A DNA stretch of 64,000 nt from an uncultured Chloroflexia bacterium (GTDB taxonomy: Bacteria; Chloroflexota; Limnocylindria; QHBO01), in NCBI GenBank assembly GCA_963777045.1, contig CAVZPD010000009.1, forward strand, positions 371,009 through 435,008. Reading direction: 5' to 3'. Both the position numbers and the translations under genes were made by a program. Below, piece by piece: positions 9,389-21,357 of the stretch. The notes beneath the pieces are model-generated. The model ran no database searches. It was not told the DNA's origin and saw only the letters and a program-made list of their open reading frames with translations. Position 1 is the first letter of the stretch. Each line of letters opens with the position of its first letter.

Positions 9389-10500
9389 GCCAGCAGCTCC
9401 CGCAGCGCATCGATCAGGCGCTGCGTCTGCTCCGGTCGCGGGCGTTGGCACGCAGCCAGCCCGCCATGGGTCCGGCGTCGTACTCGCGCACCAGCAGGCC
9501 GCGGCGAGCGAGCGCGTCGGCCAGGGCATGGGCATCGGGCGGACGGAAGGCAACGAAGTTGGTGACCGACGGGAGCGTCCGGCAGCCCAGCTCATCCAGC
9601 GCAGCCGCCAGGCGCCGCCGCTCCTCCACCAGCAGCCGCCGCCGCTCGTTGACGGCGGGTTCGTCGGCCAGCAGGCCCAGGGCGATCGCCTCGCTGGGCT
9701 CGGCCAGGGCCAGCGGCAGCCGCATCGCGTCGAAGCGGGCGGCGAGCGGCTCCGGCAGCACCAGGTAGCCGACGCGCGCCGCGGCGGCGCCGTACGCCTT
9801 GGACAGGGAGCGCAGCACGAGCACGTTCGGCAGCTCGTCCTGCAGCCGGATCGCCGAGCCTGCGTTCGGCTCCTCCCCGGTCGCGGCCTCGGCGAACTCG
9901 AGGTAGACCTCGTCCACCAGCAGCAGGGCCGGCAGCCCGTCGGCCAGCTGGCGGATCTCGTCGAGCGTGTAGCGGTCGCCGGTGGGATTGTTCGGCGTGC
10001 ACAGCCATACCAGGCGCACCGCCTCCCGCTCGGCGGCCTCGCGCAGCTCGGCCACGCTCTGCCGCTCTCCGGGATCGCGCCGGGGGACCTCCACCACCCG
10101 GGCGCCGGCCAGGCGCGACTCCACGAAGAACATGCCGAAGCCCGGGCTCGGGATCAGCGTCGCGTCGCCCTCGCCCAGCGTGGCGGTCGCCACCAGCCGG
10201 ATCAGCTCGTCGGCGCCGGCGCCCGGCAGGATCGGTCGCCGGGAACGCCCAGCTTGGCGGCGAGGGCTGCGCGCAGGCGGTGGTAGGCCATGTCCCCGTA
10301 CTCGGTCAGGTGCGAGACGTCGTAGGCGCGCAGCCCCTCGACGGCGCCGGCCAGCGGTCCGCCACCCAGCGTGTTCAGGTCGAAGCGCAGCACCTGTTCA
10401 CCGGCAGCCCCAGCGACGCAGCGACCTCTTCGTCCGACGGTTCGGAGGGGTAGGCATCCACCGGCGCCGGGCGGCGCAGCAGCTCCACCGGGTCGTCCAC
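9385..10500 (-). CDS. hisC: histidinol-phosphate aminotransferase; at least 3 frameshifts
   Basis: GTG 10500 ([17 protein letters not shown]...) is followed by VLRFDLNTLGGGPLAGAVEGLRAY, then PGFGMFFVESRLAG...LCTPNNPTGD...LRSLSKAYG, and a corrected C-terminus ...QRLIDALRELLA*. Confidence 0.7.
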
Positions 10501-11752
10501 GGCGTCTGCATCGCCGTCGCGCGCGCGGCCCGCAGCGTCACGGAGGCGGCGTGTGCCGGCAGCCCCTCGACCGCGGCGATGGCCTCGACCGTCGGTGCCA
10601 GGCCGCACGCCGGCCGGCGTCACGCGCTGGACCTCCAGCCAGCGTCCGAACGACTCGACGCCGACGCCCCCGTACGCCCGGGCCGAGCCGCCGGTCGGCA
10701 GCACGTGGTTCGTGCCGGTGGCGTAGTCGCCGGCAGCCACGGCCGACCACGGACCGATGAAGATCGCGCCGGCATTCCGCACCCGCTCGGCGAGCGTCTC
10801 CGCGTCGCGGCACTGCAGGGAGAGGTGCTCCGGGGCGATGGCATCCGCCGCCTCGAGGGCGCCACCCATGTCGTCCACCAGCACCACGCGACCCCATTCG
10901 CGCAACGTCGACAGCGCCCGCTCACCGGTCGCCAGTGGCATGGCCTGGGTGGGGATCGCGGACTCCACGGCATCGGCCAGGGGGCGTCATCGGTGACCAG
11001 GACGCCAGCGAGTCCGGCCCGTGCTCGGCCTGTGCCAGGAGGTCGGCCGCCACCAGCTCGGCATCCGCGGAGGCATCGGCCACCACCACGCACTCGGACG
11101 GACCGGCCGGCAGGTCGATCGCCGTGTCGGCCGAGACCAGCCGTTTGGCCGCGGTGACCCAGGCATTGCCCGCGCCGAAGATGCGGTCGACGCGCGGCAC
11201 GCTTCGGTGCCATAGGCCAGCGCGGCGATCGCCTGCGCTCCGCCGACGCGGAGCACGCGCGCCACGCCCACCAGGGACGCCGCGTACAGGACGGCCGGAT
11301 CCACGCTGCCATCGGCCGCGGGTGGCGTGGCGACGATGAGCTCGTCCACGCCCGCCAGCTGAGCGGGGATTCCCAGCATGAGCACCGAGCTCGGGTAGCG
11401 TGCCCGGCCGCCAGGCACATAGCCACCCGCGCGGCGGAATCGGGACCCAGCGGCGCCAGGCCGTCACGCCTGGCCGCGTCCGCACGCGCCGGTCGGCGGA
11501 GAGGAACGAACGCTGGTCGGCGTGGTAGCGGCGAACCGCGGCCGCGCTGTCGCGCAACGCCTCGCGGACCTCGGGTGCCACGGCCTCGGCGGCGGCCGGG
11601 AGCGCCGCCTCGGGGACGAAGAGCGCGTCCAGCTCCACGCCGTCCAGCTCACGGGTCAGCTCCCGGAGGGCGCGGTCGCCATCGGTCCGCACCCGGGCCA
11701 GGATGGGAGCGACATCCGCGTCGGGAGTGCGGCCCGCAGTCCGGCCAGCCAA
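10497..11752 (-). CDS. hisD: histidinol dehydrogenase; several frameshifts, 3' end approximate
   Basis: Pieces are [20 protein letters not shown]...RRYHADQ; [26 protein letters not shown]; [19 protein letters not shown]...IDLPAGPSE...[11 protein letters not shown]; and a C-terminus ...[28 protein letters not shown] found in a shifted frame. Confidence 0.7.
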
Positions 11753-11821
11753 TCGGTCCGGGATCGTCCGTCCAGCGCCGACCAGGTGACGCGCCGGAGG
11801 AGATCGGCTTGGAGACCGCCA

Positions 11822-12684
11822 TCAGCGCACCACCTTTTCGATGGGCACCACCAGGATGTCGCGCGCCCCGGCCGCCTTCAGCGCGGGGATCAGGCGCCAT
11901 AGCGTCGAGCGCTCCACCACCGAGTGCACCGCGATCATGGATGGGTCGGCCAGCGGCATGACCGTCGGCCCCGACAGGCCGGGGATCAGCGCGCGGATCC
12001 GATCCAGCGCCGACGCCGGGGCGTTCATCATCATGTACTCCTTGCCGCGCGCGTCGATGACGCTCGACAGCATCGCCACCAGCGGCTGCCAGCGCTCGTC
12101 CGGCTGCTCCGCGCGGGTCACCAGCACGGCCTGGGACTCGAGCAGGTTGGCGATCGGCCGCAGGCCGTTGAGGCGCATGGTGCTGCCGGTGGCCACCAGG
12201 TCCACCACGGCGTCGGCCACGCCCAGCTGCGGCGTGACCTCCACCGCGCCGCGCACCTCGATCACCTGGGCGTCGATGCCGCGCTCCTCGAAGTAGGCGC
12301 GCGTCAGGCGCGGGAAGGAGGTGGCGACCCGGCAGCCGTTCAGCCCTTCGGGCTCCTGGACCGATGCGGATCGCGGCACGGCCAACGTCAGGCTGCAGAC
12401 CCCGAAGCCCAGCTCCAGCACCGCGTTCAGCCCGGGGACCGCTCCTCCACCAGGTCGACGCCGCTGATCCCGGCATCCACCAGCCCGTCGGCCACGTACT
12501 CGGGCACGTCCTCGGCCCGGACGAAGAGCAGGTCCAGCTCGTAATTGCGGGCGCTGGCGGTGAGGCTGGCGGTCGAGACTTCCACCTCCAGGCCGGCATC
12601 GCGCAGCAGCTGCAGCGCCGGCTCGGCCAGGCGCCCCTTGTTGGGCAGTGCCAGGCGCAGGGCGTCACCGCCGTTGAGGGTCAC
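11822..12684 (-). CDS. hisG: ATP phosphoribosyltransferase (long form); one frameshift near 12430
   Basis: GTG 12684 gives VTLNGGDALRLALPNKGRLAEPALQLLRDAGL...DVPEYVADGLVDAGISGVDLVEE. A frame switch then leads to AVLELGFGVCSLTLAVP...GSTMRLNGL... plus the C-terminal regulatory domain. Confidence 0.75.
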
Positions 12685-12987
12685 TTCGCGCTGCCCCCTC
12701 CGCGAGGCGGCCCAGGAGCAGTTCGTAGCCGCCGCGACCGTATCGGCGCCACTGGTTGACGCGGCTGATGGTCGCGCTGGATGCGCCGGTGCGTTCGCTG
12801 ATCTCGTGGTAGGGGATCCCCTCCGCCAGGAGGCGCGCCACGTGCCAGCGCTGCCCGAACTCCTGGAGCTCGCGGATGGTGCACAGGTCGCGCAGGAAGC
12901 GGAGTGCCTCCTCGCTGTCGCGCAGCGCGGCGACGGCGGCGGCCAGCTCGGCCGTCTCGTGTTCATCCAGTCTTCGGGCTGATTCAT
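12665..12987 (-). CDS. YerC/YecD-family TrpR-related DNA-binding protein; frameshift near the start
   Basis: This gene is absent from the ORF track. ATG 12987 (MNQPE...) then changes frame to ...LDEHETAELAAAVAALRDSEEALRFLRDLCTIRELQEFGQRWHVARLLAEGIPYHEISERTGASSATISRVNQWRRYG*. This is the Trp_repressor-like YerC/YecD signature. Confidence 0.6.
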
Positions 12988-12991
12988 CGCT

Positions 12992-13898
12992 TTAGCACGC
13001 TAATAGGAGGGTGAAGCTTACGCATGCCGAGGGGGTGGCGTCAAGGGCGTTCCCGGCGCCGAGGCCGCGAAGGGCTGCCCGCGGCCTCAAGGGCCGGGTT
13101 GGCCCGCGCGGAGAGTCACCAGCGACGACAGGGCCGAGCGGGCCGACGCCGGCGCCTGCCGTCCGGCTGCATCCGCCACCGCTGCCGACCAGGAGCGAGC
13201 CCACGATCACGCCATCTGCAGCGGCGGGGAGCGCGGCGACGTGCTGGGGCCGAGATCCCGAATCCCGCTGCCACGGGCGCGCGACCGGCGGCAGCGCGCC
13301 GACGCGGGAGAGCAGCGCTGCCGCACCGCCGCCACGCTCTCGCGCGATCCGGTGACGCCGTAGCGTGGGATCACGTAGACGAAGCCCGTTGAGGCGCCGA
13401 TGATCGCCTCGACGCGCTCATCCGAGGTGTTCGGCGCGACCAGGAAAGTGAGCGCCAGCCCCGCCTCGGCAGCCGCGCGCTCGAACGACGGTTCCTCGCC
13501 GGCCGGCAGGTCCGGGACGATGAGGCCGTCCACGCCATCGGCGGCGAGTTCGGCGAGGATGCCGTCGCCGGCGACCCGCAGCGGATTGCGGTAGGTCATC
13601 AGCAGCAGCGGCTGCTCGTGGCTCGCGGCGCGAAGACGGTGCACCACCTCGCGGGCGGTATGCAATCCGGCACCGTTGCGGACCGCTGCGCGGCCAGCCT
13701 CTGCGATGACCGGCCCGTCGGCCACGGGGTCGCTGAAGGGCACGCCGATCTCCAGCAGGTCCGCTCCGCCGTCCAGGGCCGCCGCGGCGACGGCCGGCGA
13801 CTCGTCGGCCGTGCGGTGTCCGGCCAGCACGTAGGCAATGAAGGCCGCCCTGCCCTCCCCGGCCGCGCGCCGAAGGCCGCTCGGATGCGCCGGTCCCG

Positions 13899-13902
<4 letters not shown>
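12992..13902 (-). CDS. trpA: tryptophan synthase alpha chain; C-terminal frameshifts, 3' end approximate
   Basis: GTG 13902 overlaps the trpB stop (GTGA). [51 protein letters not shown]...[14 protein letters not shown] is in one frame. The ADGVIVGS motif sits in another frame near 13150. Confidence 0.7.
13015..13044 (-). promoter_or_regulatory. candidate sigma70-type promoter for yerC-hisG
   Basis: The minus strand reads TTGACG - 18 nt - TAAGCT about 25 nt upstream of the yerC ATG. Confidence 0.3.
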
Positions 13903-15118
<1,216 letters not shown>

Positions 15119-15800
15119 CCGATCGGCGCCGGTCGGGTCGCGGCGCGCAGCGCGGACGAAGGCCGCCAGCCGGCTCGGGCTGGTGACGCCGTTCAGCTCC
15201 AGGCCGCTCGAGGCGTCGACGTAGGCGGGGCGGACTCGCCACCACACGCTGCGATGGTCGACGGTCGCAGGCCCCCGGCCAAGCCGACCGGCAGCAACCG
15301 ATTGAGCCGCCGCACCACATCCGCGGTGTCGCGTGCGCCGCTCCGCCCCCGCCGCCCTCGCGTGCGGGAGCTCCCTCCACCAGGAGCCTCGTCGCGCCCG
15401 CGCGAAACCACGCCTCGGCGCGCATCAGGCTCGCGCGGCCGCCGGCTGATGGAGGACGCCGATCACGTCGTCCAGGCCCGATGCCAGCTCCGGCAGCCAA
15501 TCGGGTGGCGCGTCGAAACCGGGCAGCTGTACCGAGCGAACGCCGGATGCGGCAACGGCGGTCTCGACCTCGTCGGGTGGGACGGCGGAAGACGAGGACG
15601 GGCCTCGGGCCGCCGTTGAGGCCGCGCGCCAGCTCGCCGGCGCGGCCGGATCCACGGCGCGGCGGCCGCCGGATGCCACGACGATCCCCGCCAGGTCGGC
15701 GTCGGCGCGGACGGCGGCGGCGATGGCCGCCTCCGAGCGGAGCCCGCAGACCTTGACCTGCGCGCGTCGCGGATGCGACGGCGGGACGGGCGGGATGATG
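15119..15800 (-). CDS. trpF: phosphoribosylanthranilate isomerase domain; frameshifted, possibly fused to trpC
   Basis: [37 protein letters not shown]...GVRSVQLPG is contiguous in frame with the trpC C-terminus. [12 protein letters not shown] and [31 protein letters not shown] lie in two other frames, the last one merged with the trpB ORF. Confidence 0.5.
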
Positions 15801-16572
15801 CGCGGGGCGGCCGCGATCAGCCGTTCGCGCTGCCCGCCGGATCGGCGTCGCGCAGGAATCGCGGTGCCGATCAGCACGCCACGGGCGCCTGCACCGGCGG
15901 CTCGCCGAGATCCGCGGAAGAGGCGAGCCCGGATTCGGCCACGACCGTTGCGCCCGAAGTGGCGGCCACCTCGACCAGCCGCGCCGCCGCCTCCACGTCC
16001 ACCCGCAACGTGGCCAGGTCGCGCGCGTTGACGCCGATCAGGGTGGCATCGGCCTCCAGCGCACGCTCGAGCTCCGGCTCGTCGTGCACCTCGACCAGGG
16101 CGTCCAGGCCGGCCTCGCTCGCCTCGTCGATCAGCCGCGCCAGGGTGTCGCCGGGCAGGCGCGGGCGATGAGCAGCACCGCATCGGCTCCAAGCGCACGG
16201 GCCTGCCACACCTGGTAGCGATCGACGGTGAAGTCCTTGCGCAGCACCGGCAGGCCCGCCATCGCCGCCGCCGCCAGGTCGGCATCCGACCCGCCAAAGC
16301 GGGTGGGCTCGGTCAGCACCGAGAGGCAGCGCGCCCCGGCGGACGCGTAGCCACGCGCCAGGCGGGCGACGGCATCGGTCCCTTCGCCGACGGCGGAAAC
16401 GACCCTCGGACGGGGAGGCACGCTTGATCTCGGCGATCACCCCCAGCCGATCGCCGTAGCGCAGGGCCGCCTCGAAGCGGCGAGCGGGCGGCATGGCCCG
16501 GACGGCGCGGCGCAGCTCCGCCAGGGACCGGCGGCGGCCGTCGCGGCGCGCCCGGCGGCGAGACTCGGCCAC
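15800..16572 (-). CDS. trpC: indole-3-glycerol phosphate synthase; at least 2 frameshifts
   Basis: [43 protein letters not shown]; a middle part [57 protein letters not shown] in a second frame; then [33 protein letters not shown]. Confidence 0.7.
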
Positions 16573-16593
16573 GAGCTCGTCCAGCAGCCGTGC

Positions 16594-17615
16594 TCATGCG
16601 GTGATCTCCGCCGCAGCGGTCACCACGTCGGCGGCGCGCCCGGAGTCGATCGCGTCGGCTGCCATGGCGATCCCCTCGCCGATGGTGTCGGCGGCGCCCG
16701 CCACGAAGAGCGCGGCGCCCGCGTTGAGGAGGACCACGTCGCGGGCCGGCCCCGGCTCCCCGCCCAGCAGGGAGATGGCAATGGCCGAGTTGAGCTGGGC
16801 GTCACCGCCGGCCATGGCGTCGCGGCCCGCACGCCGCAGGCCCAGCTCCGCGGGGTTGACGGTCGTCTCGGTCACGGCATGACCCTCGACCAGCAGCGCG
16901 CGGTTGGGTCCCGCCAGCGACAGCTCGTCCAGCCCATCGGCGCCGTGGACGACCAGGGCGCGATCCACGTCCAGGTGGGCGAGCGCGCCCGCAACCAGGT
17001 CGACGAGCTCCGGGTCGCCGACGCCCAGCAGCTGCCGCCGCACGCCGGCCGGCGAGCTCAGCGGGCCCAGGAGGTTGAAGACGGTGCGGATCGGCAGCTC
17101 GCGGCGGATCGGCCCGGCGTGCTTCATCGCCGGGTGGTAGGCAGGTGCGAACATGAAGCCGAAGCCGGCCTCGCGGATGGAGCGGCCGACCGCCTCCGGA
17201 CCGGGGTCGAGCGCGATGCCCAGCGCCTCGACCAGGTCCGCCGAGCCGCACTGACCGGTGATGGCCCGATTGCCGTGCTTCGCCACCGGCACGCCCGCGC
17301 CGGCCACCACGAACGAGGCGACGGTGCTGATGTTGAAGCTGCCGGAGTGATCCGCTCCGGTACCGCACAGGTCCACCGCGCCGTCGGGCGCCTTCACGGC
17401 CACCGCCCGCGAACGCATCACCTGGGCGAACGCGGCCAGCTCCTCGGCGGTCTCGCCGCGGAGGTGCAGCATGGCCAGCAGCGCCGCCACCTGGGTCGCG
17501 GGTGCGGCGCCGTCCATCAGCTCCTCCATGGCCGCCTCGGCCAGGGGCGCGGGCAGGGGCGAGCCCGAGGCCGCCAGCTCCACGGCTGCCGCCACGGCGG
17601 GCCGCCCGTGCCGCT

Positions 17616-17618
<3 letters not shown>
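16594..17618 (-). CDS. trpD: anthranilate phosphoribosyltransferase; N-terminal frameshift
   Basis: The core ([17 protein letters not shown]...[34 protein letters not shown]...) is intact over 333 aa. AGGAG plus ATG 17618 (MSGTGGPPW) lies in a neighbouring frame, implying a short 5' frameshift. Confidence 0.8.
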
Positions 17619-18196
<578 letters not shown>

Positions 18197-19634
18197 GGCC
18201 GCACCTCCCGCCGCGAGCGCGGCGCGCATGGCCGCCGCCTTGGCCGCCACCTCCGCCGACTCGCGCTCCGGCACCGAGTCGGCAACGATCCCGGCCCCGG
18301 CATGCACGTGGGCGATGGATGGGCCGATGACGGCCGAGCGGATGGTGATGGCGGCCTCCAGGTCGTCCGGGACGAAGAAGCCGATGGCGCCGCCGTACGG
18401 TCCGCGCCGCTCGCCCTCCAGCTCCGCGATGGCCTGCATGGCGCGCACCTTCGGCGCGCCGCTGACCGTGCCGGCCGGGAAGGCGGCGCGCAGGGCGTCG
18501 AAGGCGTCCAGGTCCGGCGCGGAGCCGGCCGTGGACCTCGCAGACGAGGTGCATGACGTGGCTGAAGCGCTCGACGGAGCGCAGGATCGGGACGGTCACG
18601 GTGCCGGGCTGCGCCACGCGGCCGACGTCGTTGCGCGCCAGGTCCACGAGCATGGCGTGCTCGGCCAGCTCCTTCTCGTCGGCGCGCAGCTCCTCCTCCA
18701 GGGCGAGGTCGCGCTGCGGGTCCTCGTCGCGCGGCCGCGTGCCGGCGATGGGCCGCGTGACGACCTCGCCGTCGCGGACACGGACCAGCAGCTCGGGCGA
18801 GGCGCCCACCAGCGCCTGCGGCTCGCTCGCCCGGCGCGCGCAGCTCGATGTGGAAGAGGTACGGGGACGGGTTGATGCGCCGCAGGGCGCGGTAGATGGC
18901 GAAGGCGTCGTAGCGGCCCGGCAGGCTGAAGCGGCGCGCCAGCACGGCCTGCAGCATCTCGCCGTCGCGGATCTGCTCCACCAGGCTGGCGACGCCGGCC
19001 TCGTAACCGGGGTCGGGTCGGGTGCGGCGGCGTGCCGGGGACGCACTGGCGGGCGCCGTCGGCAGCTCGGCCGGTGACCGGCGAGGCCAGGCGGCGGGCG
19101 ATCTCCTCCAGCCGCGCCAGCGCCTCGGCACGGCTCCCGGTCTGCAGCGTGGCGACCCGGGCCACCTGCTCCAGGTGGTCGAAGACGATGAGCGCATCGG
19201 GCAGGTGGAAGACGGCCTCCGGCAGGCCCAGCGGATCCGCATCCGGGACGGGCAGCCGCTCCCAGCGGGCGGCCGCCTCGTAGGCGATGTAGCCGATCCC
19301 CGAGGCGATGGGCACCGGCAGCCGCGAGTCGGGCGGCGCATGGGGCAGGACGCGGCGCAGCGCCTCCAGCGGGTCCCGGGCCTCGAAGCTCTCCAGCAGC
19401 GGCGCCGGTCCGGTCGCGCAGCTCCGCGCGACCGTCGGCCACGGTCAGCATCCGGCCGCGCACGCCCAGCAGCGAGTGGCGGCCGTATCGCACGCCGCCC
19501 TCGACGCTCTCCAGCAGGAAGGCCAGGCGCTCGCCAAGGCGCAGCGCGGCGCCGACGGGCGTGAGGGTATCGGCGTTCAGCTCGAGATCGACGATCGCGA
19601 GGGTGCCCGCGGGTTCGGCTGCGGCAGTGGTCAT
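18197..19634 (-). CDS. trpE: anthranilate synthase component I; at least 3 frameshifts
   Basis: ATG 19634 gives [44 protein letters not shown]. Later pieces are [14 protein letters not shown]...; [32 protein letters not shown]...[12 protein letters not shown]; [23 protein letters not shown]...[13 protein letters not shown]; and [25 protein letters not shown]. Confidence 0.75.
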
Positions 19635-19647
19635 CGGTCCAGTTCTT

Positions 19648-19690
19648 CGAGCAAACAACAACGCCTCCATCCATGAGGGACGGAGGCGTC
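19648..19690 (-). terminator. strong hairpin plus U-rich tract immediately upstream of the trpE start (candidate attenuator)
   Basis: Minus-strand RNA gacgccuccgucc-CUCAU-ggauggaggcgu is a 13-14 bp stem with one G.U pair. It is followed by UGUUGUUUGCUCG and lies about 13 nt before the trpE AUG. Confidence 0.4.
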
Positions 19691-19955
19691 TTCCGTGGTG
19701 CCACCCTGCGTTCGGACCGGAGGCTCGCACTCGTCGCACACGGGCTCGCGTTCGAGCCGATGTGCCAGGCCGCGGTAACGGGGCCGACCGTCGCCGCCTA
19801 CTTCCGCCGGCGCAATGCCGCAGCGCGGGTTCGGAGCGAGGCTCGCGGGGCCATTCGCCCGTCCGTGTCACGCCGGCTTGCACCATCCCCGGCTCGCTGT
19901 GGTGACCGATGGCGGGGTACTCGTCCCGGTCGTCGCCGTCTTGAGTTGAGGCCGC

Positions 19956-20701
19956 ATGCTAGGCGGGCCGGTCTGGCGGCGTCAAGGGTGTGCCATCCTT
20001 TCGGCCGTGGAAGGGCAGCGCACCGCCATCGTCACCGGCGCGGCATCGGGGATCGGCGCCGCCGTGGCCGCTCGTCTGCGCGGCTCGGGCTGGCGGGTCA
20101 TCGGCCTGGACCGATCCCACGGGGTCGACGTGGTCGGTGACGCCGCCGATGCATCGGTCCTGGGTGAGGCTCTCTCGCATGCCGGCGAGCGTCTGGACGG
20201 GCTGGTCTGCTCGGCCGGGCTCCCGCCGTCCGGCCCGTGGGATTCGCGCGAGCACTGGGACGAGCTGTTGCGCGTCAACCTGACCGCGCCGTACGAGGCG
20301 TTCCGCGCCTGCCATGCCGGCGCTGGCCGCCGCCGCGGGGGCGGCGGTCTTCGTCGGGAGCATCGTCGGCGCGGTCGAGGGGTCGCGACGTTCGCCCGCC
20401 TACGCCGCCTCGCGCGCCGGGCTGGAGGGGATGGCGCGCTCGCTGGCGCTCATCGGCGCGGCCGACGGCGTGCGCGTGAACGTGGTCGCCGCGGGCGCGG
20501 TGGATACGCCGTTCGACGCGCTTCTTGGCCCCGCCCGACGACCGGCCGGACGTGCCACTGGGCCGGATGGCGGCGGCGGACGAGGTGGCGGCGGTGGTGG
20601 AGTTCCTACTGGGGGAGCACGCGTCCTACGTCACGGGCGCGGTCTGGCGGGTCGACGGGGGCAGGACGGTGCAGCCGGGGATCGACCTCCGGCACAGCTG
20701 A
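19956..20701 (+). CDS. short-chain dehydrogenase/reductase (SDR); 2 frameshifts
   Basis: [19 protein letters not shown] (the TGxxxGxG motif), then [35 protein letters not shown], then a C-terminus ...[24 protein letters not shown] in three different frames. The TGA is at 20699-20701. Confidence 0.6.
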
Positions 20702-20713
20702 AGGGAGCGAGGA

Positions 20714-20881
20714 ATGCGGACGGTGTTTGCGCTGGGCGCAGCGCTCTGGTTCGTGGCATGGGCGGTCTTCACGCTGGACTGGTTTGTTATCGGCTTCGCG
20801 CTGGTTGCGCTGGCGTTGCTTGATGGCGCCGATGTCTCGCGCGGCCTCGATCGAATCAGCGGGCAGCGGGCGCAGGAGTAG
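20714..20881 (+). CDS. small hydrophobic protein (55 aa, predicted 2 TM helices)
   Basis: Below the track size cutoff. RBS AAGGGAGCGAGG sits 3 nt before the ATG. MRTVFALGAALWFVAWAVFTLDWFVIGFALVALALLDGADVSRGLDRISGQRAQE*. Confidence 0.35.
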   Translation: MRTVFALGAALWFVAWAVFTLDWFVIGFALVALALLDGADVSRGLDRISGQRAQE

Positions 20882-21136
20882 CAGCGGTCGGTCAGTACGG
20901 AACCGCACGGCATTGATGGGCCGCCGAACCTCGGAAGTTTTCACCTGCGATTCACAGTCGCGTTAGGCGAGTCGGCGTCGCGGCAAGCAGTGCCCGTCGA
21001 GCTCAGCCGGGGCCGATGTGGGGGTCCGACGGCGCCTTGCAGCCGTCTAAGGTGACTACCAGTCGCACCTGACAGGATCCGTGCGTTCCGCGCGGACGGG
21101 ACAGTGCGGACGGAACTGGCTCGCGAAGGCGCGACC

Positions 21137-21166
21137 TTGACAGCCGCCAACCGGCGCCGCTAGAGT
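21137..21166 (+). promoter_or_regulatory. sigma70-like promoter of the aro operon leader (TTGACA - 18 nt - TAGAGT)
   Basis: cTTGACAgccgccaaccggcgccgcTAGAGTcc. The predicted transcription start at ~21173 is only 6 nt before the leader ATG. Confidence 0.5.
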
Positions 21167-21178
21167 CCGCGTCCTCAG

Positions 21179-21205
21179 ATGAACAACTACTGGTTTTACG
21201 CTTAG
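21179..21205 (+). CDS. 8-codon leader peptide MNNYWFYA rich in aromatic codons (candidate aroF attenuation leader)
   Basis: ATG AAC AAC TAC TGG TTT TAC GCT TAG, with an in-frame TAG 6 codons upstream. Four of 8 codons are Tyr, Trp or Phe. It lies between the promoter and a terminator, ahead of the DAHP synthase gene. Confidence 0.55.
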   Translation: MNNYWFYA

Positions 21206-21258
21206 CGGGTACGAGGCAGGCGGGTGATCCCGTCAGCAGAGGCACTCGTGCCCGCAAA

Positions 21259-21292
21259 CGCAGTGGTCCGCAAGGACACTGCGTTTTTTGTT
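21259..21292 (+). terminator. rho-independent terminator in the aroF leader (attenuator)
   Basis: cgcagugGucc-GCAA-ggacacugcg forms a 10 bp stem with one bulge and a GNRA-type tetraloop. It is followed by UUUUUUGUU, 65 nt upstream of the aroF ATG. Confidence 0.6.
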
Positions 21293-21357
21293 ACCCCGGT
21301 CGGCGGGGCGGCGGGACCGACGCCTCGGAAGCCTCCGAACGGAGAGGACCGAACAAG

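Noticed and set aside
19640-19960. Classical tandem-Trp leader peptide upstream of trpE
   Set aside because: All three minus-strand frames were translated. Only isolated single UGG codons occur, with no WW or WWW run. The hairpin/U-tract finding is kept, but a canonical Trp-codon leader is not supported.
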